Below, one piece after another: positions 1 to 11,674 of a DNA stretch of 64,000 bases (positions are counted from its first letter, which is position 1; each line of letters starts with the position of its first letter). A program made the position numbers and the translations under genes. The notes below the pieces were generated by a model that did not search any database, was not told the DNA's origin, and worked only from the letters and a program-made list of their open reading frames with translations. The stretch is taken from positions 496,001 to 560,000 of the forward strand of contig LSRY02000006.1 of NCBI GenBank assembly GCA_001643675.2, written 5' to 3'. The stretch is from Monocercomonoides exilis PA203 (taxonomy: Eukaryota > Protista > Preaxostyla).

Positions 1-2
1 AA

Positions 3-1361
3 AATGTTGAATCTATTAGCTCGGAAACGCCAAAGTCTGAAAAATCTTCTTCTCCACTCACAATTAGCTTTTCCTCTCTTCTGCCTGAATCTGCAAATGC
101 ATCGTCGTTATCTTCATCATCTTCTTTGAGCATCGATTCATCGGAAATTGTTTCAGAGGCATCGCAAGATGCTTTACAAAGGCAAATTAATGAAAGGAAG
201 CTAATGATTGGAAGAGGCAAAGGAAGAAAAGGAAGAAAGCAACAGAACCAAAAATCAGAAGAAATTGATGTGCAGGAAATAAGTAGTGAATTATCAGCAA
301 CGGAAATGAATAAAAATAGTAATGCTTATAATGGTGATGTTTCAACAGCCGATGAGGATAGCGATGTTAACAGCGAAAAAGAAGAGAGAAGCAAGAAAGG
401 AAATAACTCAGAAAATAACCAAAATGAAAATGATGGAAAGTTAAGAAGAAATAAAAAGCACAATGAAAAGGAAGAGAATAAAAACGGACAGAGAAAAGCC
501 GCTTTGCAGGAGAAGCAGAAAGATGATTCACAAATTTGGGACTTGAGCAAAGAAAATCACTTACTGATTTGTGATGTGGCTCAATACAGCGTTTGGGTAT
601 CAATGGCAGATCAAAATGCAAGCAGCAAGGAAACAGACTCATTTTCATTCAGAAACAGCAATCTTCCCAAGTTTGCTGATTCCATAAGGTTCTCATTTAC
701 TGCTGATCAGTCATTCGCCCAGCTCTTCACGCCTCTGATTAATCACCAGCTTCAAGTCGCGTTTGCCAAGCAGATTTCTCAAATAGCATCATCTTTGCTG
801 GTTTCACAGCGGGGCGTCTCGCGCATTCATCTGGAAATACTAAGACGAGGAAAAGTGCCTTTCCCACTTCCGAAGCGTCTGACTGCGTTGGAGCGGGCGA
901 TTGTCCTTCTGCTGGAAATATCTCTGTGTCTTCTGCAGAACAACCATCTGCTTCCGCCTGCTGTTGTTTCGATGCTGCTGTCATTGAAGGAACTGCCTGG
1001 TTGTGGGAACTTTGTTGATCGTTTGGTTGAGATTATTCCTGCTGCGATGAGAGAAATAGCAAGCAGTGCATGTCCTGTCAAGATGCTCAAAATAGCTGAA
1101 GATGCCACCCCGCAGATTGGTGGCTCGAGTTTTGATCGAAGCTATCGGAGAAACAAGAATTCAGATGAAAATGATACGAAAGTTGAAAGAAATACAGAAG
1201 CAATCGAAAAATTAAATGGGAATAACAGCTCTTCCATTGCAGATTCATCAAGGAAAGATGGGAAATTAAAGAGGCATCTACCTTTCTCTTCAGGTTCCTC
1301 AAAATTGTTTCAAATAGAATCAGCACTTGCAAATTCCCCAATAACAACCTTGTCATCATCA

Positions 1362-1396
<35 letters not shown>

Positions 1397-4300
1397 TTCC
1401 TCTTCCTCTTCCTCTTCCTCTTCCTCTTCCTCTTCCTCTTCCTCCTCAACTGCTTCTTCCTCTTCTTCTTCCTCATCTTCTGTTGGCGATTTAACGATCA
1501 GTCAGAAGCTTTCCAAAGCAAATCTTGTCTCCACAGATACTGTTCATGCATATATTCAAATTGCTCAAAAACAACATGTTTATTATGAAGATCTGAGGCG
1601 ACCAATTACGTATCTTCTGGAAAAAGAGGGGGTTTATCACACTTTCAGTGAGAAGGCACAGAGTGTTGCTCAAGCAGCGGAGTCATCTGCTTCACTTGAA
1701 AAATCTAATTCTTTGGATAATTCTGATAGAGCTCCTCAAAACAATGCAAGCAACAAAGCCGATGGAAATAAGTCAGAAAATTCAATAAGCTTGCCGGAGC
1801 AGAAAGTCAGTTATGGAAATGACAACAGAATGGACATTGAACCTTCTTCTGTCAGTTCGGAAGCGGCGCAAGAAAGTCAAACTATCACAACCTCAACCTC
1901 TCAATCAAATGGAAATAATGAAACAGCATCTGCAAATAACCAAGAAAAGAAAAGTTTTCTGATGCAAAGAATCCAACCACGAAGACACAAATACTCTGTG
2001 AAATCTCCATTCAGCGTTGACTGGCCGTTATTACCCATTCAATTCAGCCAGGATGTTTATTCTTCAATTCATCTGCTGAGATATTTGTCATTGAAATTGA
2101 CGCGCTCGCAGACGTTTCTTGTTTCTTTGGATCCAATTCCACCTCAAACTAATCTGGTACAGCTGATGATGTATCAGGGACAGCATCCAGATGTGTTTGC
2201 CAGAAACAGGAATTCTGAGTTTATATCTCCTCATTCGTTTCTCCTGTCAGCAAGTTATTCATCTGAGACCTCTGATTCGATTTCTGCATTGAACAAGTCA
2301 ACATTAAACGAAGAATCTGTCTGGTACAACACATATCCTCCGCTTCCACAGCTTCACTCTTCGCCACCTGGAAATTCGAGTGCTGTTGGGTCTGAAGAGC
2401 CTCTTCTTCGATGGAATTTGCAGATGGACGAGATGCTTGCGCAAGTGATTACGGCTGTTGGCTCTCTGGCAAAAGGTGGGCCTTCTCTGCATAACTCGTT
2501 CAGAGATGCTGCTGTGTGTGTGTTGGAATACATACTCGACCGCAACATGCAGCAAAAGGGAAAGTTTCCAGTAGATTTCTCGATGAGACGGTGGTTCGCG
2601 CTGATGTTGATGGAAAATCTGGATTTGCACGAGACAACGGTTGCCTTGCCAGTCACAAACAATGTAAGAGAAAAGATGCAGCAGCTGGACATTCTGGTTA
2701 AAGTTCCTTTTGAGGTTGCTCCGATGGCAGCTCGCACTATTTCGCGGGATGTGATTGAAAGAACAAAGAGGAAGAGGGAAGAGTTTACACGTGACAAAAA
2801 GAATGTGCTTCAGGAAGGACTTTTGCGAGTGACGAATGAACTTAACATGGAGCGCAAGAGATGGTTTGCAGAGAGATCTGGCCAACAGCGTCAAAACTCG
2901 GAAAAGACAGCACAAACGGCTTTATCATCATCATCATCTTCTTCTTCTTCTTCTTCTTCTCTTTCTCCATCATCTTCTGCCACTCCCACTACAGCTACCC
3001 CTGCTATTTCATCAACTTCTGGGCTGCCTGTGCTTGCTCCGATAACCACACCTCCTTCAACTCCTTCGACTGGCAGAGGGCTGACATCTCAGCTCCCTGC
3101 AAATGCATCTTCCGCAAAGGACAATGCAACCTCTGCTGCTTCTGGAACTCAGCAAACAGATGCACTCAATTCTCAGCCACAGCCAGCTGCAGGCCAGTCA
3201 AGCGTCTTTGCAGAGTCTCATCCGCCTCCTTCTGCTGTTCAGTCGATCTCTGATCCAAACAACTTTATTCTTCAGCTTGTTCCTCATCACGACTCACACA
3301 CGCAGCAGCCAATGCCTCCTGTTCCTTCTTCCTCAGCCAGCGTTTCTCCTGATGCATCTTCTTCAAATGTACCTCAAACTTCTGTTACTTCAATTTCTGC
3401 TCCGTTGCCTGTCTCTCCGGGATCAGCTGACGCTCCAAATGCTTCTCATTCCACTGCTCCCGGATTTGAGAACCCTTCTACGCCTTCGATAACTACTCCG
3501 ACTCCTTCATTTTCTCCAAGTCCCACTCCTGGTGCTTCAGTCGGGATTATGCCATCTTCGACACCAACTCCTGCTCCTTCTCCTTCAATGCATTCTTCTG
3601 CTGCAATGGGATCGCGATCGGTGCAAGTTCTTTCTCAGCCTGCGTCTAGTTCATCATCATCTTCCTCTTCTTCTTCAGGGTCTCAAGATGGACAACACCA
3701 AAATGCTTCTGACAAAAATTCAAGTGAAATTACTGCTTCGCCAGCTCGTCCAATTATTCCAATTCCTGCGCCTCTTATGGCACAAGTCAAGCAGCTGATT
3801 GCTCAAATGAGAGAGTATCTGCTTCTCCCGCAGCCGTATGAGATCCAATCGTTCCTCTCATTGCCGTCTTTTGTAGCGCCATCCATTCGCCAGCACATTG
3901 TTCATTCATTCAAACTTCGGCAGCAGCAATCGCAGTACATCCGCATTGCCCGTTCGGTGAGGCTGTTTCTGCGGGTGATGGTTATGAGTGCGATTGCAGA
4001 GAAGGTGGAGCTCAGTCACACAGAACGCCGCATCAAACGGCAGCTCTGGTTGGAAGAAAGAGAAGAGAGACTTCGTACAGTTATTACAGAAAGGAACAAC
4101 AGCATTTCTGTTGAAGGAAATGTCGATGCTGATCCTCATGAGAAAAAGACAACAGCGCAAAAATCGTATTCTCTTGAAGATATTCCTTCTCAAACTCATC
4201 TTCTTTCTGTTCTGCGTAAGAAATGGCCAAGTGTTTGCTCATCAAATGTGAAGGTTACTCTTCCTCTTTCAACAGAGAATGAAACAGTTGACTTGATTTC

Positions 4301-6158
4301 AGCAAATTCGTCTTCAGCTACATCACTTATCCATTTGGTTTCTGCGACAAAGATTCCATTTTCGTTCAGTTTTGCTGCATTGATTAGCATTATACGCTTC
4401 GGTTGGAATTCGTTCTTTAGCCCATTAGCACAGATTGGTCGTACTGCTCTGTCAAAGTCCTCATTGCTTCGCAACGCTTTCGAGCAGTTCGCTAAGAATG
4501 AATCTTCGAGTTTTACAGAGCAAAGAAATCCTTATAAACAAGTTGTGCACTTGCGACTGGCTTCGGATGGAACGTTTGAGCCTTATAGAGAGGGGTTGGC
4601 GTCAGATGAGATTGTTTATTCTTTATCTTCTTATGAGAGTGAAGAAGGAAAGATGGATGTTGAGGAGCAAGAACCTACTGGTTATCATACAAAGATGGAA
4701 GAAGATGAAAGTGATGTGCGCAACATTTCGAAGAGCTTTATTCCACCAGTCGTTGTGAAATGTTGCGAACACGTGAAAAAGTCTGGATTCGTCAGAATCA
4801 TAACAAGAAGAAATGTTGAAGATGAGGCAGTCGAGGAAGAAGGTGGAATGGACATTGAGCCAAATAATGAAATGGTGGCAGCCGGTCAAAATACTTTTGG
4901 AAGCGAACAATTCGAAAATCAAGAAAGAAAATTCAATAAAACAAAACCTAATCAAGAAGAAAGTGGATGTGCTGATTGTGATTCAAGTTTTGATGATGAA
5001 ACTGAAGCTGGAAATGAAAGTTGTATAGAAATCGGGCATTTGTATCCTTCAATTTCTGGACTGTATCAATACGATAACAAGACTTCTCAAATAGACAATG
5101 GCAGACTTATACATCAAACCACACATGCTCTTCGCTCTTCATCCTCTGCTGTAGACATTTTGTCAACACGGAGCATTTGTGATCATTTAGAAGTTTCTGA
5201 GAATGAAAATGCTTTATCTGATGTTTCTTTCGATTGCATGAAATTACTAAGCGTTATTGACAAGCAAAAAGCATCAGCAACGCATTCTGGTCACCTATCA
5301 ACTGCTGTTCATGACAGCAAGAAAGGTAATGATAATTCACAATTTGCATTGAAAGAGTTGCTTCAAAGCCACAGAAAAGAAATTGATCGAAAAGAAGCAC
5401 AAACGTTGTTTACGAAACTTTGTTTGGATTCTCAATGTGAATTGGATGGATCAAAATCTGAAAAACACATTTTGTTTGAAAAAGTTGATGAAGAAATCTT
5501 CGCATCTGAAAATGAGGAAGCTGATAAAATGGATATTGAGCCTGACGCTGATGAAATGGGTTGCGACGAGCATTTGAAAGAAGAAGCATTGAAAATTGCA
5601 TGTATGCAACAAGAAGAGTCGATTCAAAATTATCTGAATGAAGAACAAGAAATAGTTTGCATGGAAGACGAGGATGTGGAACTTGGAGAAGATTCTTCTA
5701 TTTTTTCATATGTTCCAGTTCCAAATACTAATTCAACGATGTTCACCGTCTGCAAGACAATTCGAAATCAAGATGGAGAAAACGCTATCGTTCCAGTTGG
5801 AGTCCAGGTTTACAATCAGGATGAAGAAAAGTGGAATTTCTTTAATATGCAACAGTATACAAATTTGTGGAAACAACAGCAAGAATTTTGTATTGTCTCA
5901 GATGATTCAGAATACTTGGAAGAGATGGAAAGTGATTCATCTTTTAATAATGTTGATGAAGGAGAAGAAAATTACAGTGAAGATGGAGATGTTTTTACAA
6001 AAGAGGAAAGTTCAGTAGAGATATTCAATCAGTCTTTTCCCGATCAGCAAAAACGAAGTTTGGTTATTGACAAAATTAAGAGCAATTTAGAGTTAAAACA
6101 TGCAATTCAAAAATCAATTAAAATCGATGCTAATATCATGCCTGCTGATGTGTTATAG
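3..6158 (+). CDS. Large hypothetical Ser-rich/acidic low-complexity protein, 5'-truncated by the window edge
   Basis: The ORF 126..6158 frame is also open from position 3 (NVESISSETPK...), so the TTG at 126 is not the true start. It ends at TAG 6156-6158, followed by AT-rich intergenic DNA. It has poly-Ser tracts and an acidic C-terminus; no domain recognised. Confidence 0.8.
1352..1481 (+). repeat. (TCT/TCC/TCA)n microsatellite encoding poly-Ser
   Basis: Directly visible TCTTCC tandem run inside the CDS. Confidence 0.9.
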
Positions 6159-6947
6159 AAATATGAAAAAAAAAAACATTTTTCTGTTTCATTTAAGAAT
6201 TTGTTTTAACAGTTCGTTTTTTTGAAGATAATATTATTTATTTGGAGCAAATCAATTAACACTAGAGATATATTGTTCTGACTATTTTTTTAAAAAAAAA
6301 TTTTTTTTTATCCTCATTTCGATTTGCATTTGTCTTGCTTTTACCTTAATTGATGAAGCGGGCCATTCGCAAATTTTCAAAAATTATTTTTTATCGGAGT
6401 AATTTTGTAATATCAATAATATTTATTCTAGAATTTTTAAAGAATTAATTGAAAAAGAGTCTCACTCTGAAAATTCATACTACTGAAATTCATTTTTGTC
6501 ATGTATTTTTGAAAGAGAATAACATTTCAGTTTTCAACATTTACAAAATAACACATACAAGAAACGAATGTTTGGGCCATTTTGGTTGGAAATGAAGTTA
6601 ATTTTATTCATTTTAAAAACTAGAAATAATTTCAAAAGCTGTTATACAGTTCATGAATGTTTAATGCAAATGAAATGGGCATTTCTTTCGTAATGTGAAT
6701 ATGTTCTTTCAATTTAAAAACGGAGAATAAAACTAAATTTTAAAGAGAATGTGGTATTACATATTGCTGAAAAGTATGCACCAAAATAGGAACATAAATG
6801 CTGCTCGTTGGCAGCTGAGAAAGTTAGTAAGGATGCATTAAAATTATATCCAAAAATCTATTTAATGAATGGTTTAACCACAAAAATATTAATATATACA
6901 TATTTTTCGCTGAAATAAAAAAAAAGAAGTCAATGAAAATAAAGGTG

Positions 6948-7883
6948 TTATTTCGACTTCTGCAATTCTTTCTGCAAAGAAAGTGTGAATTCTAATGAAC
7001 GAATAGATGATACTGTTGCGTCTGCTTTCTCTTTTAATTCCAATAGCTCGGCTTCCAGCTTCGAAATATCAAGAATTTCACGGTTATCAATAAGTCGAAT
7101 GACCTTTGCAGGATTTCCAACTGCAACTGCGTCGTCGGGAACGTCATGAGTAACCACAGCCCCTGCTCCTATCACAGAACGAGCACCAATCGTAACCCCA
7201 GGCTTCACAATGCAACCACTCCCAATCCATGCATCATGTTTGATACGAATCGGAAGTCCAATGTTGTACACATCTCCGCTATTACGCTGAAAGCAACGCT
7301 CAGAAGCCCTCGTTGAATGACCTATGGTCATTAACTTAACATTTGGAGCAATAAATACATCATCTTCAATTGTAATTCCTCCTCCATCTAAAAATGAGCA
7401 ATTTTTATTTATAAATACTCTCCGTCCAATAGAAATAAAACAAGAAAAATCTGTCGAAAATGGAGGAAGGAGTGTCGATCCCTCCCCAAATTCCTTAAAG
7501 TGAGCACGGCAAAGTTCTTTAATATTCATCTTTTTTTCATCAGCCTGAATTAAAAAATTGTTTAAAATAATGTGAATGCATTTGTAAATTTTTATATTTC
7601 ATAAGGCATACTGTTTTTATAGGATCTTGCATAATACGGCTCAACTGATTATGAGGTGAATAAATTAAAAATTTTTAATCTTTCAAATCTTTCAATTTGC
7701 ATACAGAAGGGCAAAAGTCATAAACGCACTCGTCTCTCAATAAATTAAGCTCTGGATCAACACTACAAAAAATATATAAGTTCAAGGAAATGTAATGAAA
7801 CAGCAATATTGAAAATTTTATTTTTTGAATGCAAACGCCATAAAATATTCTCCCGATAACATCTTTTCTTTCTCAGTTTTCAT
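6948..7883 (-). CDS. maa: Maltose/galactoside O-acetyltransferase (hexapeptide left-handed beta-helix), 4 exons, ~244 aa
   Basis: Exons 7883-7837, 7762-7705, 7644-7612 and 7544-6948 are joined by introns GTTTG..TAG (74 nt), GTATG..CAG (60 nt) and GTATG..CAG (67 nt). This gives MKTEKEKMLSGEYFMAVDPEL..., the typical Maa N-terminus. Downstream motifs include IGRRVFIN, IEDDVFIAPNV, WIGSGCIVKPGVTIGARSVIGAGAVVTHDVP and AVGNPAKVIR. Confidence 0.9.
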
Positions 7884-8226
7884 TTTCTATTTAATAACAA
7901 TAAATTAATTTCTACAATAAAATAAATCTAATATAACACACATTCTCAGTCATTTTAGTATTTTTATAATATAACCATAATAATAATTTTTGTTATTCAT
8001 GTTAGAAAAAATTTTTCTTTAAATTCATTTTCAGACTGAAAAAATTAAATTATATTATATAAAAAATAAAAAGATAAAGAAAAAATTCAAAAAAAAAATG
8101 TGAAAAAAGGATTATGTTTTGTGTTTTTCATGATTTTTGAGCGCAAATGATAATTTATTGGGAATGCATATGGATTTATATCCAAATCAACATTTTTGAA
8201 AATGCATGATTTTTTTTGAAGAAATT

Positions 8227-8229
<3 letters not shown>

Positions 8230-8290
<61 letters not shown>
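8230..8290 (+). repeat. poly(A) tract (61 nt)
   Basis: Homopolymer seen directly. Confidence 0.95.
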
Positions 8291-8294
<4 letters not shown>

Positions 8295-9114
8295 ATAACT
8301 TTTAATGTTATTTATTCGTTTTATTCAGTTATCAAGAAAAACAAGGCAAAGTCACACTTGTTGCGTCAGAAAATTATCACAAAAATCATCTTGTATATTT
8401 TCAAAAAAAACTCAATTGTTGATAATTCGATAAATAAATGTGAAATAAAGATATGATAACTTTCAAATAAGAAGTTAATTTCAGCTTCATTCCTTAAAAT
8501 TAATTTGTTATTTTCTAAAATTGATTGAAACATAAAATTATTCTTCAATTTTCAAACAATTTCTCTCTATATTTAACTTTAATACAAAAATCCTCTTTAA
8601 AACAGTAGTTTGAAACACAATCAAAGTAAATTTTTGCATCTTAATTGTTTTCTTTTCAAAATACACATCAATTTTGAATAAATCTGTCCCTCATTTTTGA
8701 GTGAAAATGTGTTTCAAATAATGTTCTAATAAGATTTTTCATAAAAAATCAAAAATTAACAAAACTTATATATCATTCAAAAAATGTTTTCATTCGAATG
8801 TGTCAAATTTGGCGAAATATTTATATTATTTCATTGTTTAAAATCTGTACCCAATATTTAACATCTTCTTTGAAACAGCAACTTCATTTTCTTATTTGTT
8901 AATCATTTTTCTTCGCATAATGAAATAATGATCATATAGAATTATTATTTCAATTCTTTTTTTAATCTTCAACAATAAACATTTTTTTAGATTTTTTTTA
9001 TAATTTTTTTTCTTATTTGTTCGTTTGCTTGTTTTTATTTAAAATTTTTAATTTTTTTCTGAAAATAAAATTTTTTTATTTATTGAAAAGATTTTTGATT
9101 TAATTATTGTTTAT

Positions 9115-9496
9115 GCAAAAAATACCGGTCATCGAAAAATTCACCAGATTAGATCGATTTCTTTATAACTGCAAAAGGAATAATTCTGTGAATTTTTCCT
9201 CAAAATACACCTCATTAATACAAACTCATTTGATATACGAATCTTTCTAAACAGTTTCATTTGTTCTCAGAATAAATTATTTTTGAAATTTCTGGGAAAC
9301 TCAAAATTCTATTTATCCGAAATATTGATAAGAATTATTTCTGAGCACAAATGAAGCTTTTTTGAAAGTATCGTATATCAAATGAGTTTGAATTAATGAG
9401 GGGTTTTTTGAGGAAAAATTGACAGAATAATTCCTCTTGCAGTTATAGAGAAATCGATATTACCAGGGATTTTTTGCGATGTTTTAGATTTTTTGC
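9115..9496. mobile_element. Degenerate full-length palindromic (fold-back/MITE-like) element
   Basis: The left arm atcgatttctttataactgcaaaaggaataattctgtgaatttttcctcaaaa...ctcatttgatatacga...ctcag matches the reverse complement of 9333-9458. Weaker pairing extends out to 9115/9496 and in to a short loop near 9300-9311. Confidence 0.8.
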
Positions 9497-9537
9497 CCAA
9501 TCAATATCCTTAAAAGATGTTGGATGAATATGTTGAC

Positions 9538-9692
9538 CAAATTTCAATTTCAATTCGCTAAAATTCACCAAAACGGAAACAAAGACAACTATGTTATAAA
9601 TTCAATGTTAACGAATTTTGGTTCGTCGAAATGAAAATATGATGATAAAATCAAATTTTCATTTTCACCCTTGAATTTTACAAAATGAACCT
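9538..9692. repeat. Copy of an old dispersed hairpin-type repeat (also at ~46895-47510)
   Basis: aaatcaaattttcattttcacccttgaattttacaaaatgaac (9650-9690) resembles aaattcgattttccttttcatctgaaaattttacaaaatgaac (47446-47488). Upstream aaaattcacc and gaaatgaaa segments also align. Confidence 0.55.
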
Positions 9693-9696
9693 TTCG

Positions 9697-9754
<58 letters not shown>
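9697..9754 (+). repeat. poly(A) tract (58 nt)
   Basis: Homopolymer seen directly. Confidence 0.95.
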
Positions 9755-9757
<3 letters not shown>

Positions 9758-10608
9758 GATAAACAAAATAAAATATTCTAAAAAATATGTTATTCTTATT
9801 TGAAAGTTTCAATAGTTTAATTTTTAGTGAAAACTGAACATCTTATATATTTTTTTTCAGTTTTTGCAATCAACACTTCAAACTTTTTTTAAATAAAAGT
9901 TATATCATATCAACAACATTTTCATTGTTTGGTGTATTCCATGAAGAAGAATGGAGTGAAGATCACGAAAATTGATAAAAAATTGTGATGTTCCTTTTTC
10001 ACAGAAAATAACTCATTTAACTGATCCAAAATGAAATCAAAATTTTGTTCGAGATTGGAAAAAACTATCCTCAATGGGAAAACAAAGATCAATTTCCTTT
10101 TGAACACCGAATTGGACAATTACAATTCATTTGTATTCAATGCCTTTTTTCTTTTTTTATTTGGTGAATAATATTTCACTTCAGGCATTTTCACTAAAAA
10201 ATTATTTATCCGTTAATCATGTTTTTCCACATTCTTGATGTTTGATTTTTTTCAAATTAATAAATCCAATTAAAGATATTATTTGAGCTGTAGTTTTGTT
10301 GCAATTCACCTTAACTTTTCTCTCCACATTACGCAGGCCAACAAAAAAGTTTATAAAGCTTTTAAAATCTAATTGGATAAATAATTGTAATATTTTTTGA
10401 ATGCCTTTGATCAAACTTTTCTCAACCAAAAGCAATTTTTACAAAAAATTTTCACAAAAAAAGTGAAAATAACTGGAAAATTTTTTCAAATTCTGCAAAA
10501 CATCAATAAAAAGTCATAGCATATAAATGATTTTATATTTCTTTTGTATTTGTTTGATAAATAGATTCATTCAAAATTTATTCTGAAGATTCCAAGATCA
10601 AACAACAT

Positions 10609-11100
10609 TCAAGTATTTATCGAGTAAACAACACTGTCCTTAATGACTCTAAATGAAATATAATTAAACAATAAATAAAAAACAAGTGAAACATACACAG
10701 CAATTGCCCATGCAAAAAGGTATCCATAAAAAGACAAAAATAGAGTGTGCTCTCTTAATGCTTGTTTAAGTTCGATTGGCAATCGAATACTTAAATAATC
10801 AAATGAATATTTTTTATTTGAAAATTTTTTGATGTGCAGATAAAGAAGAGGAATATTAAAGAAAAATGTAATCCATTTTTGCTTGTAGAGATAGCAAGCG
10901 CTAACAATAAAATGCACAAAATATTCAGGAAGAACATATCGATTTATTGTGTCGCATAAGTCCTTCGAACTTATCTCATCCGCCTCAAGTGATTGCAATT
11001 GGGCAAAGATGTAAAATTCCCAAATAGCCAATAAAAGATAGACTACTGCAAGTATTATTCCAAATGCAATGTCAAAAGGTGTTGGTACTCCTGCATTCAT
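10609..11100 (-). CDS. CNIH: Cornichon/Erv14 family ER cargo receptor (~147 aa after removing a 48-nt in-frame intron, 10696-10649)
   Basis: ATG at 11100. Motifs LEADEISSKDLCDTINRYVLPEY..H and W..FFFNIPLLYLH match cornichon. Three hydrophobic segments. AT-rich GTATGT..TTTAG intron near the 3' end. Confidence 0.85.
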   Translation of the reverse strand: MNAGVPTPFDIAFGIILAVVYLLLAIWEFYIFAQLQSLEADEISSKDLCDTINRYVLPEYFVHFIVSACYLYKQKWITFFFNIPLLYLHIKKFSNKKYSFDYLSIRLPIELKQALREHTLFLSFYGYLFAWAIAVYVSLVFYLLFNYISFRVIKDSVVYSINT

Positions 11101-11674
11101 CAATTTTTCGTAATATACAGTGATTAATCTTTCAACAAACTAAAAAAAAACAAAAAATGATAGATTATCAATTAATAATGGAACGGAAATAATTTGTTGA
11201 AAGTGAGAATTGTTAAAAATTTTCAACATATTTTTATTATTTGTATACAGAGAACAAAAAATAATCAGTACAAAGTATTATTTCTTTGTTGTTAACGACA
11301 CAATTCTGCTGTTATGATTTGTTTGTCATATTTTTAATAGTAATAAAGATAACAGAGCAATGAAAATTTCTTTGACTGTCTTTCCTCATTGTGAGAATAT
11401 TGTGAACATATAAATTATCATTCAGAGATTCAAAATTGAAAATAATAAAAATTGAGATAAAAATATTGGAGATATAAGTTTATTTTTGTTTTCAACGAAT
11501 GTGATATTAAAACATTTGTTCAAAAAATTTTGTGTTATTCATTATCCACTTATTTTCATTTCAAAGAATAATTATTGAATCGGATAAAATTTTGTTGAGC
11601 CACAATAATTAAATAATTTGTCAAATAAAAGTTTTGCATTTTTAAAGCGCAAAGAGAGCAGCTCGCTGTCTGGA

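Noticed and set aside
2405-2460. WNLQMDEML resembling a motif in giant HECT ligases
   Set aside because: No HECT domain follows before the stop codon.
8230-9754. Poly(A) tracts as retrotransposon tails
   Set aside because: I found no TSDs, no RT fragments and no consistent shared upstream body. Homopolymer lengths may also be assembly-dependent.
10180-10410. Weak inverted repeat (aattatttatcc / ggataaataatt with aggcatt / aatgcct)
   Set aside because: Too short and AT-rich to separate from chance by eye; it may be a very old element.
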